Assembly: GCF_001194135.2 (NCBI RefSeq)
Contig: NC_068992.1
Span: 33,521,238 to 33,585,237, forward strand
Source: Octopus bimaculoides
Taxonomy: Eukaryota
DNA length: 64,000 nt
Direction of reading: 5' to 3'
In this document: positions 1 to 12,400 of the stretch, piece after piece
Numbering within the stretch: the first letter of the stretch is position 1
How the letters are laid out: every line of letters starts with the position of its first letter
The notes under the pieces: generated by a model
Seen by the model: only the letters and a program-made list of their open reading frames with translations
Database searches by the model: none
Told to the model about the DNA's origin: nothing
Position numbers and translations under genes: made by a program

Positions 1-346
1 TCCAGCGATTCTGCCCAGTCATCACTCTTGAAACAAATAGATATTGAATATGCAAGGTTCAACACCTACTTTCTAGACACTGATGGTTCTGAATCTCTTA
101 CAATCTACATTAATTAATGAACAGAAACTTCAAATTTCTACAGCTGCCTGGCTAGTTAACTGGTACTTTGTACAATGCAACATTAATAAAATGGTAGCAT
201 TTATATTACTATACAAGTACCTTTATTTAATACTAGTCAACTTCAGAGTATGTTGACCAAGGCAGTTACTCTTGATTTGAAGAAATCAGTAATCAGGAAA
301 GGCCCTAGAACTAGATGTTCTGAAAAACTGATGTTCTATCAATCTG

Positions 347-1253
347 TACGAGAAGGTACACAAAAGTAACCAAAACCGTCCTCTGTGGGATATGCTCGTT
401 GTAGTTCAGGCTTCCACAACTAGAAGCCGTTTGATGCAACCCTCAGGCATTAGTCTGACAACTGGTGGCATCGTGTGGAGTCGTACTGTCACGTGGTGCA
501 TGTTTATTTTGAAATGCTTTTCCCTTGTTCATCAATTTTTGTTTTGGCTGAAATGAAGGAACAGCATGCGTCCATGAAGTTCTGTTTTCAGCTGGAGAAA
601 ACGGCAGTCAAAACAGTTGTCATGCTTCAAACAGCTTACAAGGACACTGCCATGAGCAAAACACAAGTTTATGAAATGGTTTTCACGCTTTGGATATAGT
701 CAATTGCTGCTTGAAGACCAACCTCGTTCAGGGCAACCATCGACCACCCAAACAAATGCAAACATCATTAAAATTCATGAACTGATCTTGGAAGACCATC
801 ATCAAAAACTTGACGATCAAGTTGATAGGAGTGGTGTGTCCTAGAACTCCTGCCAACGAATTTAGAGTGTGGAATTGCGAATAAAGAGTGTTCCAGCAAA
901 ATTTGTGCCTCGCATGCTCACAAAAGATCAAAAGCAGTCATGACTGACTGAATGTCATGAACTGAAAGAACAGTTGGAGGTTGATTCGGACCTCTTTCCA
1001 AGGTCATTCCTGGGGACGAAAGGTGGTGCTACGAAATTTGCAGATGTGGAAAAGGTGAAGAAAAACCATGGAGGCATTAAAGGCATCACCCCGCAAGAGT
1101 TCCAGGACTGCTCCCAACAGTGGAAAATGCAACTAGACCAATGCATTGATTGAAATGAAGAATACTTTGAAGGCAATAAAAGTGTAAACATTTAAAACTA
1201 AGTGAATAAAATAATATTGCAAAATTCCAGTTTCTTTTGGATACCTCCTCATA
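347..1253 (+). mobile_element. Mariner transposon, internally deleted (catalytic core missing)
   Basis: Imperfect TIRs: tacgagaaggtacacaaaagtaac (347) versus revcomp tatgaggaggtatccaaaagaaac (ends 1253), 19/24 match. The degenerate ORF from ~553 reads MKEQHASMKFCFQLEKTAVKTVVMLQTAY..LEDQPRSGQPST..AKFVPRMLTKDQKQ..GDERWCY, then jumps at ~1033 to the C-terminus (KFADVEKVKKKTMEALKGI..EYFEG). Confidence 0.9.
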
Positions 1254-1269
1254 TGTATATATATATATA

Positions 1270-1420
1270 TATATATGTTGCACAGGCACTTTCACATGGC
1301 ACTGCACGGATGCTTTTACATGGCACCACATGGGCACTTTTATGAGGTACCGCACAGACACTGTTATGTGGCACCACACAGGTGTTTTTACATGGTACCC
1401 CACGAGTGCTTTACACCATG
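1270..1420 (+). repeat. Short tandem repeat (~22-23 bp, ggcacttttacatggcaccacac-like) at the 3' end of the RTE LINE
   Basis: About 6 degenerate units are visible. Confidence 0.7.
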
Positions 1421-1424
1421 AAAA

Positions 1425-4400
1425 GGACCAGTTTTAACACTTCTGTTATGGAATACAGGCTTCTTGATTACAGCAAGGTACTAGGCATCTCAGTCCTTTC
1501 TCATTGCACCTGAAAGGTTTAGTGTCCTGAGATCGTTCTTCAATACTTCATCCAATGTCTTTCTGGGTCTCCTATTTTCATGTATTCCATATACTTTAAA
1601 AGATCAGCACTTCTTTATGGAACTGTCAGCATCCATCAACATTACATGAACAAACCAGTGCTGTCTTCTCTCTTGCACACAACAACCAATTTTTCTTATG
1701 CATAACTTTCTAAAAAACACTAGCACTCTATCAAACATGTACACTTACATTACACATCCAGCAAAACATACTCACCTCATTCCTTTCTAACCTGTACATG
1801 TTCTCTGTATGCAGGGTCCATGTCTCACTACCATGTAGAATTGCTGTCTGTATACATGCATCATACAATCTTCTTTTCACTTGGAGAGAGAACCCTATCA
1901 TGGTCAACAGAGGTAACAGCTCTCTGAATTTCCTCAATCCTATTCTTATTCTAGCTATTACATTCTCCATACATCCTTCCCCACTATTGATTTGGTCCTC
2001 TAGGTAGCAAAAATTATCGACTACTTCTAATGACCTACCAGAGCATTTGAGAGAATCATTTTCCTGAGTCTCTATTTATGAATCCTGGGCATCTTCCACA
2101 TACGGAAACTATCTTCTCTGATAACCATCCTATTAATCCATTACACCTTTTGTGTGTCCATAGCTTACACTGGGTACACTATATAGAGTTCCTGCCTACA
2201 CTTTTCCTATAAATTGAACTGGGTCACCTACCTGAGTGAGGTAGGATCCTGTCACATTTTTGGCTTACTAGGACCTTAGTCTTTGCTAAATTAACCTTAA
2301 AGCCCTTAAATTCCAAGTGTTGCTTTCACGCCTGGAATTTCTCATCTAGTTCTGATATGGAATCTGCTAAGAGAGCATATAGTAGTTCCCAGGGGCTGCC
2401 GCCAGTCTTGAATTCTTCTACTATAGCCAGGAAGATAATGATTAAGGGGTGGGGACTAAGGACTGAGCCTTGATGAACCCTTACTTTTACACCAAATTCT
2501 TCATTGTACTCATGGTTAACTCTCATCTTACTGACAGCATCTTTGTACATGACCTGTACAACTTTCACCAGCCATTCATTTGTCCCTATCCTCCTCAGAG
2601 CCCACCATATCACACAGTAGGGCACTTTATCAAAAGCTTTCCCTAGATGAATGAATGCCAGGTATAATGGTCTATTCTTAACTAAGTACTTCTCTTGCAG
2701 TTGCCTGACTATGAAAATAACGCCAGTAGTGTTTCTGTGGTATGACGTCAGTGACTGGGGAGCTGACCGGAAGGGCGAGTTGACCAAAAGAGGAAGACGG
2801 GCAGAGGGAGCCTCGATCAGGCTTTGTGCCCTTTTCGAACGGGGTCGTGGTCAGGAGAGGACGTGCTAAGCGACGGTCTAGGCTTGGGAGAAGCAGCTGC
2901 CATTCCTAGTGTTCTTCGGGTCGGGGCAAGCTTCGAGGATTGGATACCGCAAGACAGAAGAAAGGAAAACAGAGGTAAGGCGATTACATCTACTCGCACG
3001 CATACACCACAAGCTATTTTGGCGTGATAAGTGTGAAGAAGCAAGTGAATGGTCACTGTATTGGTCAAAAGATGCATTGCTAGGCATATTTGCTAAGGTC
3101 GGAGCAACAGTAGCGTAATACTAGTCACGGTTATCTAAGTGCGTGTCGGCTTCATAACCATAATCCATTTCCAGTGAATATCCAAAATTCATTGTTCCAC
3201 ATTCTTCTAAAGCTCTCCTTTTTCAATTTGTTGGCTACAGGTTGTCTTTCAATGCAACTTTGGACAACGGGGCGGTGTTTCATTCGGAAGCGTTGGGAGA
3301 GATGCTTGACCAGTGGAAGGTGCGATAATTATTTAGAGCGGCGTATAGGCCGAGCGGCAACGGAATCATTGAGAGGCACCATCGGATGATCAAGGCCATG
3401 GCTGAAAGGAGGCACATTTCGCCCCTGGAAGCGATCTACTGGTATAGCATGTCTCCCCGATCCGGACAAGCGGAAGAGTCTGTGCCGCACAGAGCAGTGT
3501 TCAAGTATGAATGGAGGCATCCCAGTAAGACGCCGGAGTTCTGCGAGGAAGAGAAGGGGCCCGCCAGTGTGAAAGTAGGGGAGGACGTTTGGGTCAAGCC
3601 GCCGAAGGCACGCTGCACATCACAATGGGGCAGGGGAACAGTGACAGTGGTCAATTCCAGAAACAATGTATCTGTGGATGGAATGCCGCATCACGTGCTG
3701 GACCTGCACAGGATAGCCACTTCGTCGGATGACGAGCGCGATGGAAACGAGGCACCTGGCTTGAGAAGATTTCGATGTGTAAGGCGCCCGCCCGGTTGGA
3801 TGGCGGACTTCGAATTGGAGTAGGGGTGAACATGATCTTTAAGATCAGGGTGGCGTGTGGTATGACGTCAGTGACTGGGGAGCTAACCGGAAGGGTGAGT
3901 TGACCAGAAGAGGAAGAAGGGCAGAGGGAGCCTCGATCGGGATTTGTGCCCTTTTTGAACGGGGTCGTGGTCAGGAGAGGACGTGCTAAGCGACGGTCTA
4001 GGTTTGGGAGAAGCAGCTGCTATTCCTAGTGTTCTTCGGGTCGGGGCAAGCTTCAAGGATTGGATACCGCAAGACAGACGAAAGGAAAACCAAGGTAAGG
4101 CGATTACATCTACTCGCAGCCCACCATATTACACAGTAGGGCACTTTATCAAAGGCTTTCCCTAGATGAATGAATGCCAGGTATAATGGTCTATTCTTAA
4201 CTAAGTACTTCTCTTGCAGTTGCCTGACTATGAAAATAATGCCAGTAGTGTTTCTTCCCCAGACAAAACTGAATTACACTTCGTCTTGCCTAATTCTGCC
4301 CCTAATTAAATGGGCTATAATTTTCATCATCTAGTCTAAGAGTTTGATGCCTCTATAATTACTCTTTATCTGAAACATCACCTAACAATTATGCTGCTAT

Positions 4401-4560
4401 GCCAGTCATTGGGTATTATGCCTTGCTGAATGACCTGATTAACTATGCAGGTGGCCAGCCCATATCCCACCTAACTGGATATTTTGCGCATCTCAGCTGT
4501 GATTCTGGATAGATCCAGGGCTTTCCCAGTTTTCATGTTTTTAATTGCCTTATGATACAT
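1425..4560 (-). mobile_element. RTE-clade LINE, 5'-truncated RT pseudogene interrupted by an LTR element
   Basis: Minus-strand RT segments: KAIKNMKTGKA (~4540), IFIVRQLQEKYL..LYLAFIHLGKAFDKVP..VRVHQGSVLSP (2330-2735), ARIRIGLRKFRELLPLL..ILHGSETW (1730-1970). Confidence 0.9.
2736..4118 (+). mobile_element. Small internally deleted Gypsy-type LTR element (1383 bp)
   Basis: LTR1 2736-3011 (TGTGG..CCACA, 276 bp). LTR2 3856-4118 lacks the last 13 bp and has 13 mismatches over 263 bp. The internal part encodes the integrase C-half: LDNGAVFHSEA..AYRPSGNGIIERHHRMIK..KVGEDVWVKP..RRPPGWMADFELE. Confidence 0.9.
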
Positions 4561-5400
4561 GCACACACACACACATCATATAGTTTTTGAATGGTAATAA
4601 ACAAACTTTTTAGTGCACGTTATCTGAGAGAAATAGTCTAATTGGAGAATCAAAACTGCTGCATTATTTAAGCTTCACCATAATTCAGTTAAACAATCAT
4701 GAAAAACACAATGCAAAATGGTGAAGGGCTGAAAGAAAATAAAATGTCATAAAATGTAGTTAAATTTTAAATTCTGATAAATCGACATATAGAAAATACC
4801 TTACATAATAACAGAAACCATTATAATAGATGGTGTAAGCAACATATGCTATTTCTTGACAGTTGGCAAAAAAAACTCCAGGGAGAGCAAAATAGCAGAA
4901 AGTCTTCAGAGAAGAAGACCCCTTCCATCATGCAAGTGTTTCAGCCCCTTTTACACTCCAAGGAAGCTGGGCTGCATCTAGATCATAACTCCTGGAGACT
5001 CCTCTGCTGCCACTGTGCAACTGTCTCTATTGCCCTCTCCTTGTTGGTTAAGATACACTTGAGCCAATGTACCTGAAATGTTGTAATGAGGTCTACCTGA
5101 GATGCCTGTTGATTGCAGGATAAATTATGCTTTCTAAAGTTCACTTCCATTTCTCTTTGACCCTAACTAATTGGAACTCTTTGTAATTGCTTTTACCATT
5201 GCCTTAAGGGTTCTAGTTTTCTTTCTCCCAGAAAGATATCTTAAGCAGATTTGCCCTCAAACTCTCTTAATCACAATCCATGGCAAGGATTTTGGTATTT
5301 GGAAGCCAGATTCTCTCAATCTGTGTAGTATATTTAAACTACCATATCATTCAGTCAAAAATTCTTTAAAAGTATTTACTTACAAACTATCATTTTCTCT

Positions 5401-6311
5401 GCAGAGAACAATGCAAGAAAGTACAAAGTAAACTACAAAAGAAAAACAAAACAAGACAAAGTTGTAATTTTACCTTATATTTCAAGAATATAACCCCTTC
5501 ATCAGGATATTTGGAAAGGTACGTGATGGATAGAAAAGTCATTGCTCAGATATGTGGAGGAGGAAGGAGGAAGGTGACATGTGCAAACTGGTGCTGCTAT
5601 AGTAACCAGCGTGTTTCATGTAGTTTCCTCTTGCTGTTAATGGCTGGTTTCAATTTGTTGATAAGGATGACCTCCATGATTTTGAGATTGCCCTTTATTG
5701 TATTGAGTAGCCCTGATGGATACCTTGAAATCCTGGATCTGGCTCTTCTGTAGGTGTATTGAAGTGTCTGTGAACATATGCTTTTTTATTTGAATGTGTC
5801 ATTTTCTAGAGGTACCCTCAATGTAAGATGCCCTACATTTACTTTCTATATTAAGAAGTAGTCTGAAGTAGTTTGCAGCAAATGTGGGACATCCTACGTT
5901 GGGAGCATCACCAGAAACTGCATGTTCAAATCAAGTGCAAAGACACTTCGATTAAAAAAAAACCTACAAAAGAGCAAGACCCAGCATTTCAAGGTATCCA
6001 TCATGGTCACTCAACACGATAGAACCAGTGTCAGAATTATGGAAGCCCTCTTTATCAACAAACTGAGACCAGCCATTAACAGCAAGAAGGAACTACATGA
6101 AGCAAACTAGTATCTATAGCAACACACCAGCCTATGCACGTCACCTTCTTCCTTCCCCCAATCCTGTCTGAGAAATGACTTTTCCATCCTTCACTTCCAC
6201 AAATGTCCTGAAGAAGCAGTTATATAGAATATAAGATAAAACTACAATTTTGTTTTGTTTTCTTTTATTTTCCTTTTGTAGTTTATTTTGTACCTTCTTG
6301 CATTGTTCTGC
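5401..6311. mobile_element. Two inverted Penelope-like 3' fragments (GIY-YIG end plus tail)
   Basis: Arm 5401-5841 (-) encodes KCRASYIEGTSRK..IMEVILINKLKPAINSK. Arm 5880-6311 (+) encodes IMEALFINKLRPAINSKKE. The tails are mutual reverse complements. Confidence 0.8.
5479..5505 (-). ncRNA. Degenerate hammerhead core
   Basis: Minus strand reads CUGAUGA agggguuauauucuu GAAA. Stems I and III are not well formed. Confidence 0.45.
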
Positions 6312-6399
6312 CCATACACAACAAATCACTAGATACATAGCAATATAATTACACATGCCATTGGCAATTTTTTCTCCATCCTTGGACTTTTCCCTTTCT

Positions 6400-6466
6400 C
6401 TTTTCCAATGAAGAGCTATGCTCATAACATCAAACTCTCTCCTTTCACTGAGTGTCAAGCTAATAT
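6400..6466 (+). ncRNA. Degenerate hammerhead-like repeat (same family as 49950-50021)
   Basis: caatga-a-GAGC-tat-GCTC-ataa..gagtgTC-aagctaatat is colinear with the 49.95-kb copy. Confidence 0.5.
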
Positions 6467-6529
6467 GTTTCTTGTGCACATCCTCAAGTTCGTTTTTTGT
6501 TTTTAAATAGTTTGTTTAGATGAACTGAC

Positions 6530-6755
6530 TACAGTAATCTCTCACCATATTGAGGTTCACTTATCGTGGTTTATTATTTAAGCTTACGTCGATTCCTACA
6601 TGGTGTTGTGTTGCATTTACAATAAAATAAATATATACAAATTATTAAAATAATTAAAAAAAATATACAGTACATTACTGTTTCTACTTGGTGGATTTTT
6701 ACCTACTGCAGGGGATGAGTTTGGAATGTAACACCCACGATAGTTGAGGTATTTC
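6530..6755. mobile_element. Degenerate pogo/Tigger-like MITE
   Basis: Starts ta-cagtaatctctcaccatat and ends with a degenerate inverse (atagttgaggtattt). The interior is AT-rich. Confidence 0.4.
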
Positions 6756-7424
6756 CAAATTTGTCTGATTTTCACGTTTTAGTTACAATCTTATAATAAT
6801 ATAATATAATATAATGAAATAATAGAATATTAAACGTCCATTTTGATTGAACTAGTACTTTCATGCATTAAACTATGCAATATTCAAGTTCATATAGTTG
6901 TGGTGACAGTTGCGTTTTACAATTTACAACTTTAGTGAGATGGCTAAAATGTGTGCCTTAAATACATTCGTATAGGCTTCAGAATGTTAAGTTTTGCAAA
7001 CTGTATTCTGACCAATCAGTGTGTGGCTTCACTAAATTACATAAGTTGATTGGTGTTTGATTTAGGTGTCATGGTTTGTTGAACATGTATTTTGACCCTG
7101 GCTGAAGCAGTAAGTGTTTGGCTATTTTTAGGAATATTGTAAACAACATTTCCCAGGGATTTTTACATTTTAATTATCATCATTACCATTATCATCACTT
7201 TTATTATTGTTGTCGTTGGTGGTGGTGGTGATGGTAGGGGTAGCTGTGGTAATAGAACTTTAAACCCTGAAAAAAGATTATTTTTACTGACTTTTCTTTT
7301 GACTTAGTGGGTATTTTCCTGCTATCATTATCATGAGAACCTTTAGTATTGTTGTTAGTGATAGTTGTTGTAGCAGTAGAAATAGTACCTCTACATATTA
7401 TTATTATTATTGTTTATTTAGTTT

Positions 7425-8480
7425 GGGTTGGAATTGATCAATAAAGTTCTTTTCTCTGATTTTTCTCTTGATTTCACTTGGACTGTGTAGTTTGTAGAAT
7501 GGAAATATAGAAATATTATAAATATTTTCTAATCACATGTTGCTAGATGGTTACTCAAAGGTGTCTGATGAACATCTGGGTCTCTAATTTGCTCTCAGTA
7601 CACACGTGAATGTTGTTATAGCGCATTTCGAGTCTGACACACATATAGTTCTTCACAATTCGGGCATTTGATGCAGTAAATCAAATTTCTGCTTTTACAG
7701 TTCATATTTGTGCTTTGTGAATGTTTTTCTGGTTTTGTGTTCATATATTGGCTGGTATGTATTAATTGGCATGTGGCAGATTGGTTATCATTGCATTTAG
7801 ATACAGTGAATGATTTATCTTTATTGCTAAGTTCAAACTTTGCCTTTGTTAATAATTTTTTCAAGTTTTTAGGCTATCTTTTAGTAAAAACCATAGCATG
7901 ATCCATGATTATATCTTTTAATTCATAATGTTTGAGCAATGATTGGTAGGTTTGCTTTGGCAATGTTGAAGATATTCTGGTGACGTGGGTTGTGTATCAC
8001 TATAAATGGTATGACTTGTTTTTGTTTTCCTCTTCTTTGGGCTGTCTTAAGTTGTTTAATGGTTATTTTTATAGCCTGCTGTATGCTATTTTCTATAATG
8101 AGAGACCAATATTTTTATTTGAGCAAAAATTCTCTTAGTTGTATTAGATGTTTGTTCCTGATATTCGCATCTTCTACAATGGTACAAATTCTTCTGGCTA
8201 GGCAGATGTTGTGTTTTGTATGTGGTGGATGGCACAACTTAAAATTCAGGTATTGATATGTGTCTGTGTGTTTATAGTGTATATCTGTGGTAATGGTAGA
8301 GTCCTTTTTAATTATCTTTATACCTAGGAATGGTAATTTGGTACTACTCATCTCCTTTGTAAATTGGAGAGATGGATGTAGGTTGTTCAGGAGGATATTG
8401 AACTCTTCCAGAGTATTTAGAAATTCTGTCCAGATTAATGAAGCAGTCGTCAAGGTATCTCTTCTATGCCTTTGCAATAT
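7425..8480 (-). mobile_element. Penelope-like element fragment (RT C-terminus plus GIY-YIG)
   Basis: NLHPSLQFTKEMSSTKLPFLG..TDIHYKHTDTYQYLNF..HPPHTK..ARRICTIVED, and NCKSRNLIYCIKCPNCEELYVCQT. Same family as 21465-22620. Confidence 0.9.
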
Positions 8481-9064
8481 ACTTTCTAAATTCAGTGTTA
8501 TAGCTTTCCTCTACTTCTCATATTTTTTTGTTGGCAAATTAAAGTCACAATGTGTCTAATCGAAAGGTTAGTGATTCTTCCCTTTTAGGGTTAAGTTATT
8601 TTCGGAGTATTTTCCCTATATGCACCGTTTTGGGTATTCATACCCACCAAACCCCAAATATCTCAAGAGCCATTTATCCAGTTTACACGAAATTTGTTTT
8701 ATTCCGTTTGTATTCACATTTCCTGAAAACCTTAATTCATAATATTTTCCCATTATGCGCCAGTTAAGCTGTGTAACATTGCAAGCAAGCAAGCTTGAAG
8801 TTCATATGCAAATTAGGAACTCCTTCATAGAGTAATTGCCTCATTTGTTGTGTATATAAACAGTGGCTGCTTGTTTCTGTAGAGACTGTCAGAATGATGT
8901 GGACACCTCTGATGTGAACCCAATAAGGTTCACAAATCAATTAAGGTTGTTCATCATTTTTCCAGTCTGTGGAGAAAATACCATATGTTACACACACATA
9001 TATATATATATAGTTAATTAAAAATGAAGGAAAAAGAAAAAAAATCAATACTGGTATATGCAAA

Positions 9065-9140
9065 GTATTAATAAGACATTCAGAGAAGGAAAGAAAGAGT
9101 GATGTTTTACGTTTGAAGCAAAGCTCTTGTTTGAAAATAG
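9065..9140 (-). ncRNA. Highly degenerate hammerhead-like repeat (49.95-kb family)
   Basis: Minus strand reads aaacaa-GAGC-ttt-GCTT-caaacgta..gaatgTC-ttattaatac. Confidence 0.35.
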
Positions 9141-10497
9141 GAGACATAGGAAAGTCCAAAAGAAAAGGAAGAAGGGAAATAATCGTCAACAGTCCATATG
9201 TAGTTACATACACACATATATATATATACATGTAGTAAAATGAAAATACCAATTACAAATAGACCAAAACTTCATTAATGGAAGCATAAAACAAATAAAT
9301 GTAGAAATCTTTATCAAAATTAGCATCATGTTTTTCCTTTTACTTTAAGCATTCACTTTTTGTCTCAAGATACGGACTAGAAACATTGTTTATCTTTATA
9401 GTCAGTAATAGTTTTCCTTCAAATAACCCTTTGTCAACACTCCTAGCATTATGTCTACTTGTCTTTCTGTTCACTTCAAAACTTAATTTCATTTATTCTT
9501 GTTTTGAGTAAAAAAACCTTTTGATATTCAATAAGATTCTTATCTTACACAGACATTTATTTGCTTGCACCCCTTCATATGCACACAAACACTCGCCCCA
9601 ACACACATACATACACACACACACATACATATACACACACTAATACAGACGTATATATATATATATACTTTTATTTATCTAGACACATACACACACACAC
9701 TTTCTTTTCTATATATTTTATGTATTTACTTCTACTTTTGTTTTCTAACTCCACGGGCATCCTATTTATACACCTATATGTCTGGAAAACTCACATACAT
9801 ACCTACCCATATATACATACATATACTTACCTACCTATAACTATTGGTAATTCATGTCTTTTTTTTTATAGCTAAGTTAAATTAATATTTTTCTAATTTT
9901 TTGTTTCCTACCAGCATGTATTTATTTAACCATATGTGTCATCGTACGAGAAAATTTTGACTGCACTTTCTAGCGAATAACTCATAACCATCCTTTGATT
10001 ATCATTGGCATTTTCAAATCATTATAATTATTACAGGATTATACTCGGCATTTTCAAATTATTGTAACCATTATATCACACATGTAAACAACAATCCCAA
10101 CTTGTTATCAAAGGTTATATACTTATTTTAAGTAACATTTTTGAGATAGCAAAAATATCCATATCATTTTGAAAATTATATTTTTTTAAAACCTTGTTGT
10201 ATGTAGACATATGATAGCCGATAACAGTATAGGAGCTTTTAAATGCCCTTTATGGGGTTATTACCCAGATGATATTGAATATATATCATCAGTACTTGAT
10301 ATTCAAGGCTGTGAAGCTATTACTTAGGGATTCCTTATAACAAAAACAGTTGTAAGCTAATAAAGTTCATATGATAATTGTTTATTTCTTTGTTATTTTC
10401 TTTTCTTACAACTGCTCTGTTCTCAAATAATGCTTACTTCTGAAACATAAGTACATTGAGTTGTACACCAGGTTTTTAGTCTCAGAATGCATAAGTG

Positions 10498-10536
<39 letters not shown>

Positions 10537-10744
10537 TGCATCTGATAGACACCTTATACTAGGTATGACAGACAAACTTGTCATATTTTACAGTTATTGA
10601 TGAGGAGCTTGAAAAGGTACGCATGTAGGTAATGATTTATTTGCATTTTTCAGTTAGTATCAGTATTTGAACCAGTTCAGATCTTGCATTTACTATTGAA
10701 ACATTCTCAAAACGTTGTATCTGGGACACATATATGAATATATA

Positions 10745-10980
10745 GATGGGTGCAGATGTGGCAGAAATGTTAGCACGCCGGGTGAAATGCTTAGCAGTAT
10801 TTCGTCTGCCGCTACGTTCTGTGTTCAAATTCTGCCGAGGTCGACTTTGCCTTTCGTCCTTTCGGGGTCGATTAAATAAGTACCAGTTAGGCACTGGGGT
10901 CGATATAATCGACTTAATCCCTTTGTCCTTGTTTGTCCCCTCTGTGTGTAGCCCTTTGTGGGCAGTAAAGAAATAAGAAG
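10745..10980 (+). mobile_element. tRNA-derived SINE (Octopus-type)
   Basis: A-box-like tggcagaaatgttag, B-box-like gttcaaattc, body gtcgactttgcctttc..gtcgatataatcgac, and aagaa tail. Confidence 0.75.
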
Positions 10981-11118
10981 CTTTCTTCCCAACTACATGA
11001 TTCTGGATTGTGTCTCACTGCGTGGGACCTTGGGAAGGTGTGTTCTACTTTAGCCTTGGGCCGACCAAAGCCTTGTGAGTGAATTTGGTAGATGGAAACT
11101 GAAAGAAGTCCATCATAT
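10981..11118 (+). mobile_element. Second SINE family (ccttgggcaagtgtcttctactatagcc..gatggaaactgaaagaag)
   Basis: Matches the near-consensus copy at 56268-56440. Confidence 0.75.
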
Positions 11119-11134
11119 ATATATATATATATGG

Positions 11135-12400
11135 TATCAAGAATACCATATCTGGTGAACAATTTGTGTAAAAAACTTATAACCACAGATGTCAGCTTTT
11201 TACATTTATACATTTCAGGCTACTTTGAGAAACTGTCTACCACAAGGTAATATGAACTCTTAAGTGGACCTGCATAATCAACATGCAGTCTGAGCCATGG
11301 AATATGTTTTTGGCCACAGTTGCCATTTAGTTGTAAGTGCTTTTGTAGCTAAGGCACACAATCTGAATATCTTCACTAGTTCTTCAATGTCATGGTCCAT
11401 TGTTGGTCAATATTCATAACTTCTCATTAACAACTTCATTCTCAAATACACATTTTACATACTCTACATGTTGGTCCCTGGATTCACTTTAATGAGTATA
11501 TATTATCCAGATATGGAATTATGAATTCACAGTCCATTAACATTGCATCCATAATCTGTTGAAAAATTGCCAGTGCAACTTATAAGCCAAATGGTAACTT
11601 GTATCTATACAGTCCATTATGTGTGTTAATCGTTAAGTATTTAGAGTATTAATTGTCTACTCCAATTTGTAGGTACGTGTCAGAGAGATCCAATTTAGAA
11701 AATGTCTTGCCACCACTTAATTTCACAAAAATGTCCTCTGAAGTAGGTAACAGATAGCAGAATGTTTTAAGATATTCATTTAAACAAATGGAAAATCAAC
11801 ACACACCCTAATTTTATAATTCTTTTTCTTAACATCCACATTGGTGCTGCCCACTGACTATATCCTACTTTTTAGATAAGTCCAATATTTTTCCAGTCTC
11901 TCTAACTCTAAGTTTATCTGTTCTATCTTGGTTTAAATATAGGTATGGCGTTTTTTTTTTTTTTTTATTTGAAGCATTGCCTTCATTTTGGTACATAGAC
12001 CTAATCAGACAGAACTTGAGGAAAAATCTTTTTTTTTTATCAATTCATCTGATGATTTATTTGTGCTGGCAGAAAAACCATTCACATCTTTACAGAAATT
12101 ATTTATGGGGAGGTCTCATAAGTTAAATAATTCCATCCAGTCTGTTCCAAATAAATTTGTATTATCCAACACAAGAACTTTGGCTTTTAAGGTTTTTCCA
12201 TGAAATGTAATGTCATTTGACAATTCACCCTTAGAATGTAATTTTTTTTCCTGAAACACCACAGGCAAATTTCAAAGTTTCTTTTAATCTAGATCACTCA
12301 ATTTTTTTCCATGTATCTGTGTTACTTATCGAGATATTGCTGTCCATATCCAATTGTAACTTTACATTTGTGTTATTAATTTTTACATACAGAAATTTCC
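11135..12400 (-). mobile_element. Gypsy pol remnant (protease-RT joined to integrase, RNase H deleted)
   Basis: Minus strand: SQWAAP..KIRVCVDF, FSKLDLSDTYLQI..TINTHNGLYRYKLPFGL..IFQQIMD..PYLDNI, then directly W..MDHDIEELVK..PWLRLHVDYAGP..VVDSFSK..LFTRYG. Confidence 0.85.

Noticed and set aside
4846-5431. Exon-like open frames on both strands
   Set aside because: There is no consistent splice and frame model. Weak hints of an old LINE C-terminus are too faint to call.
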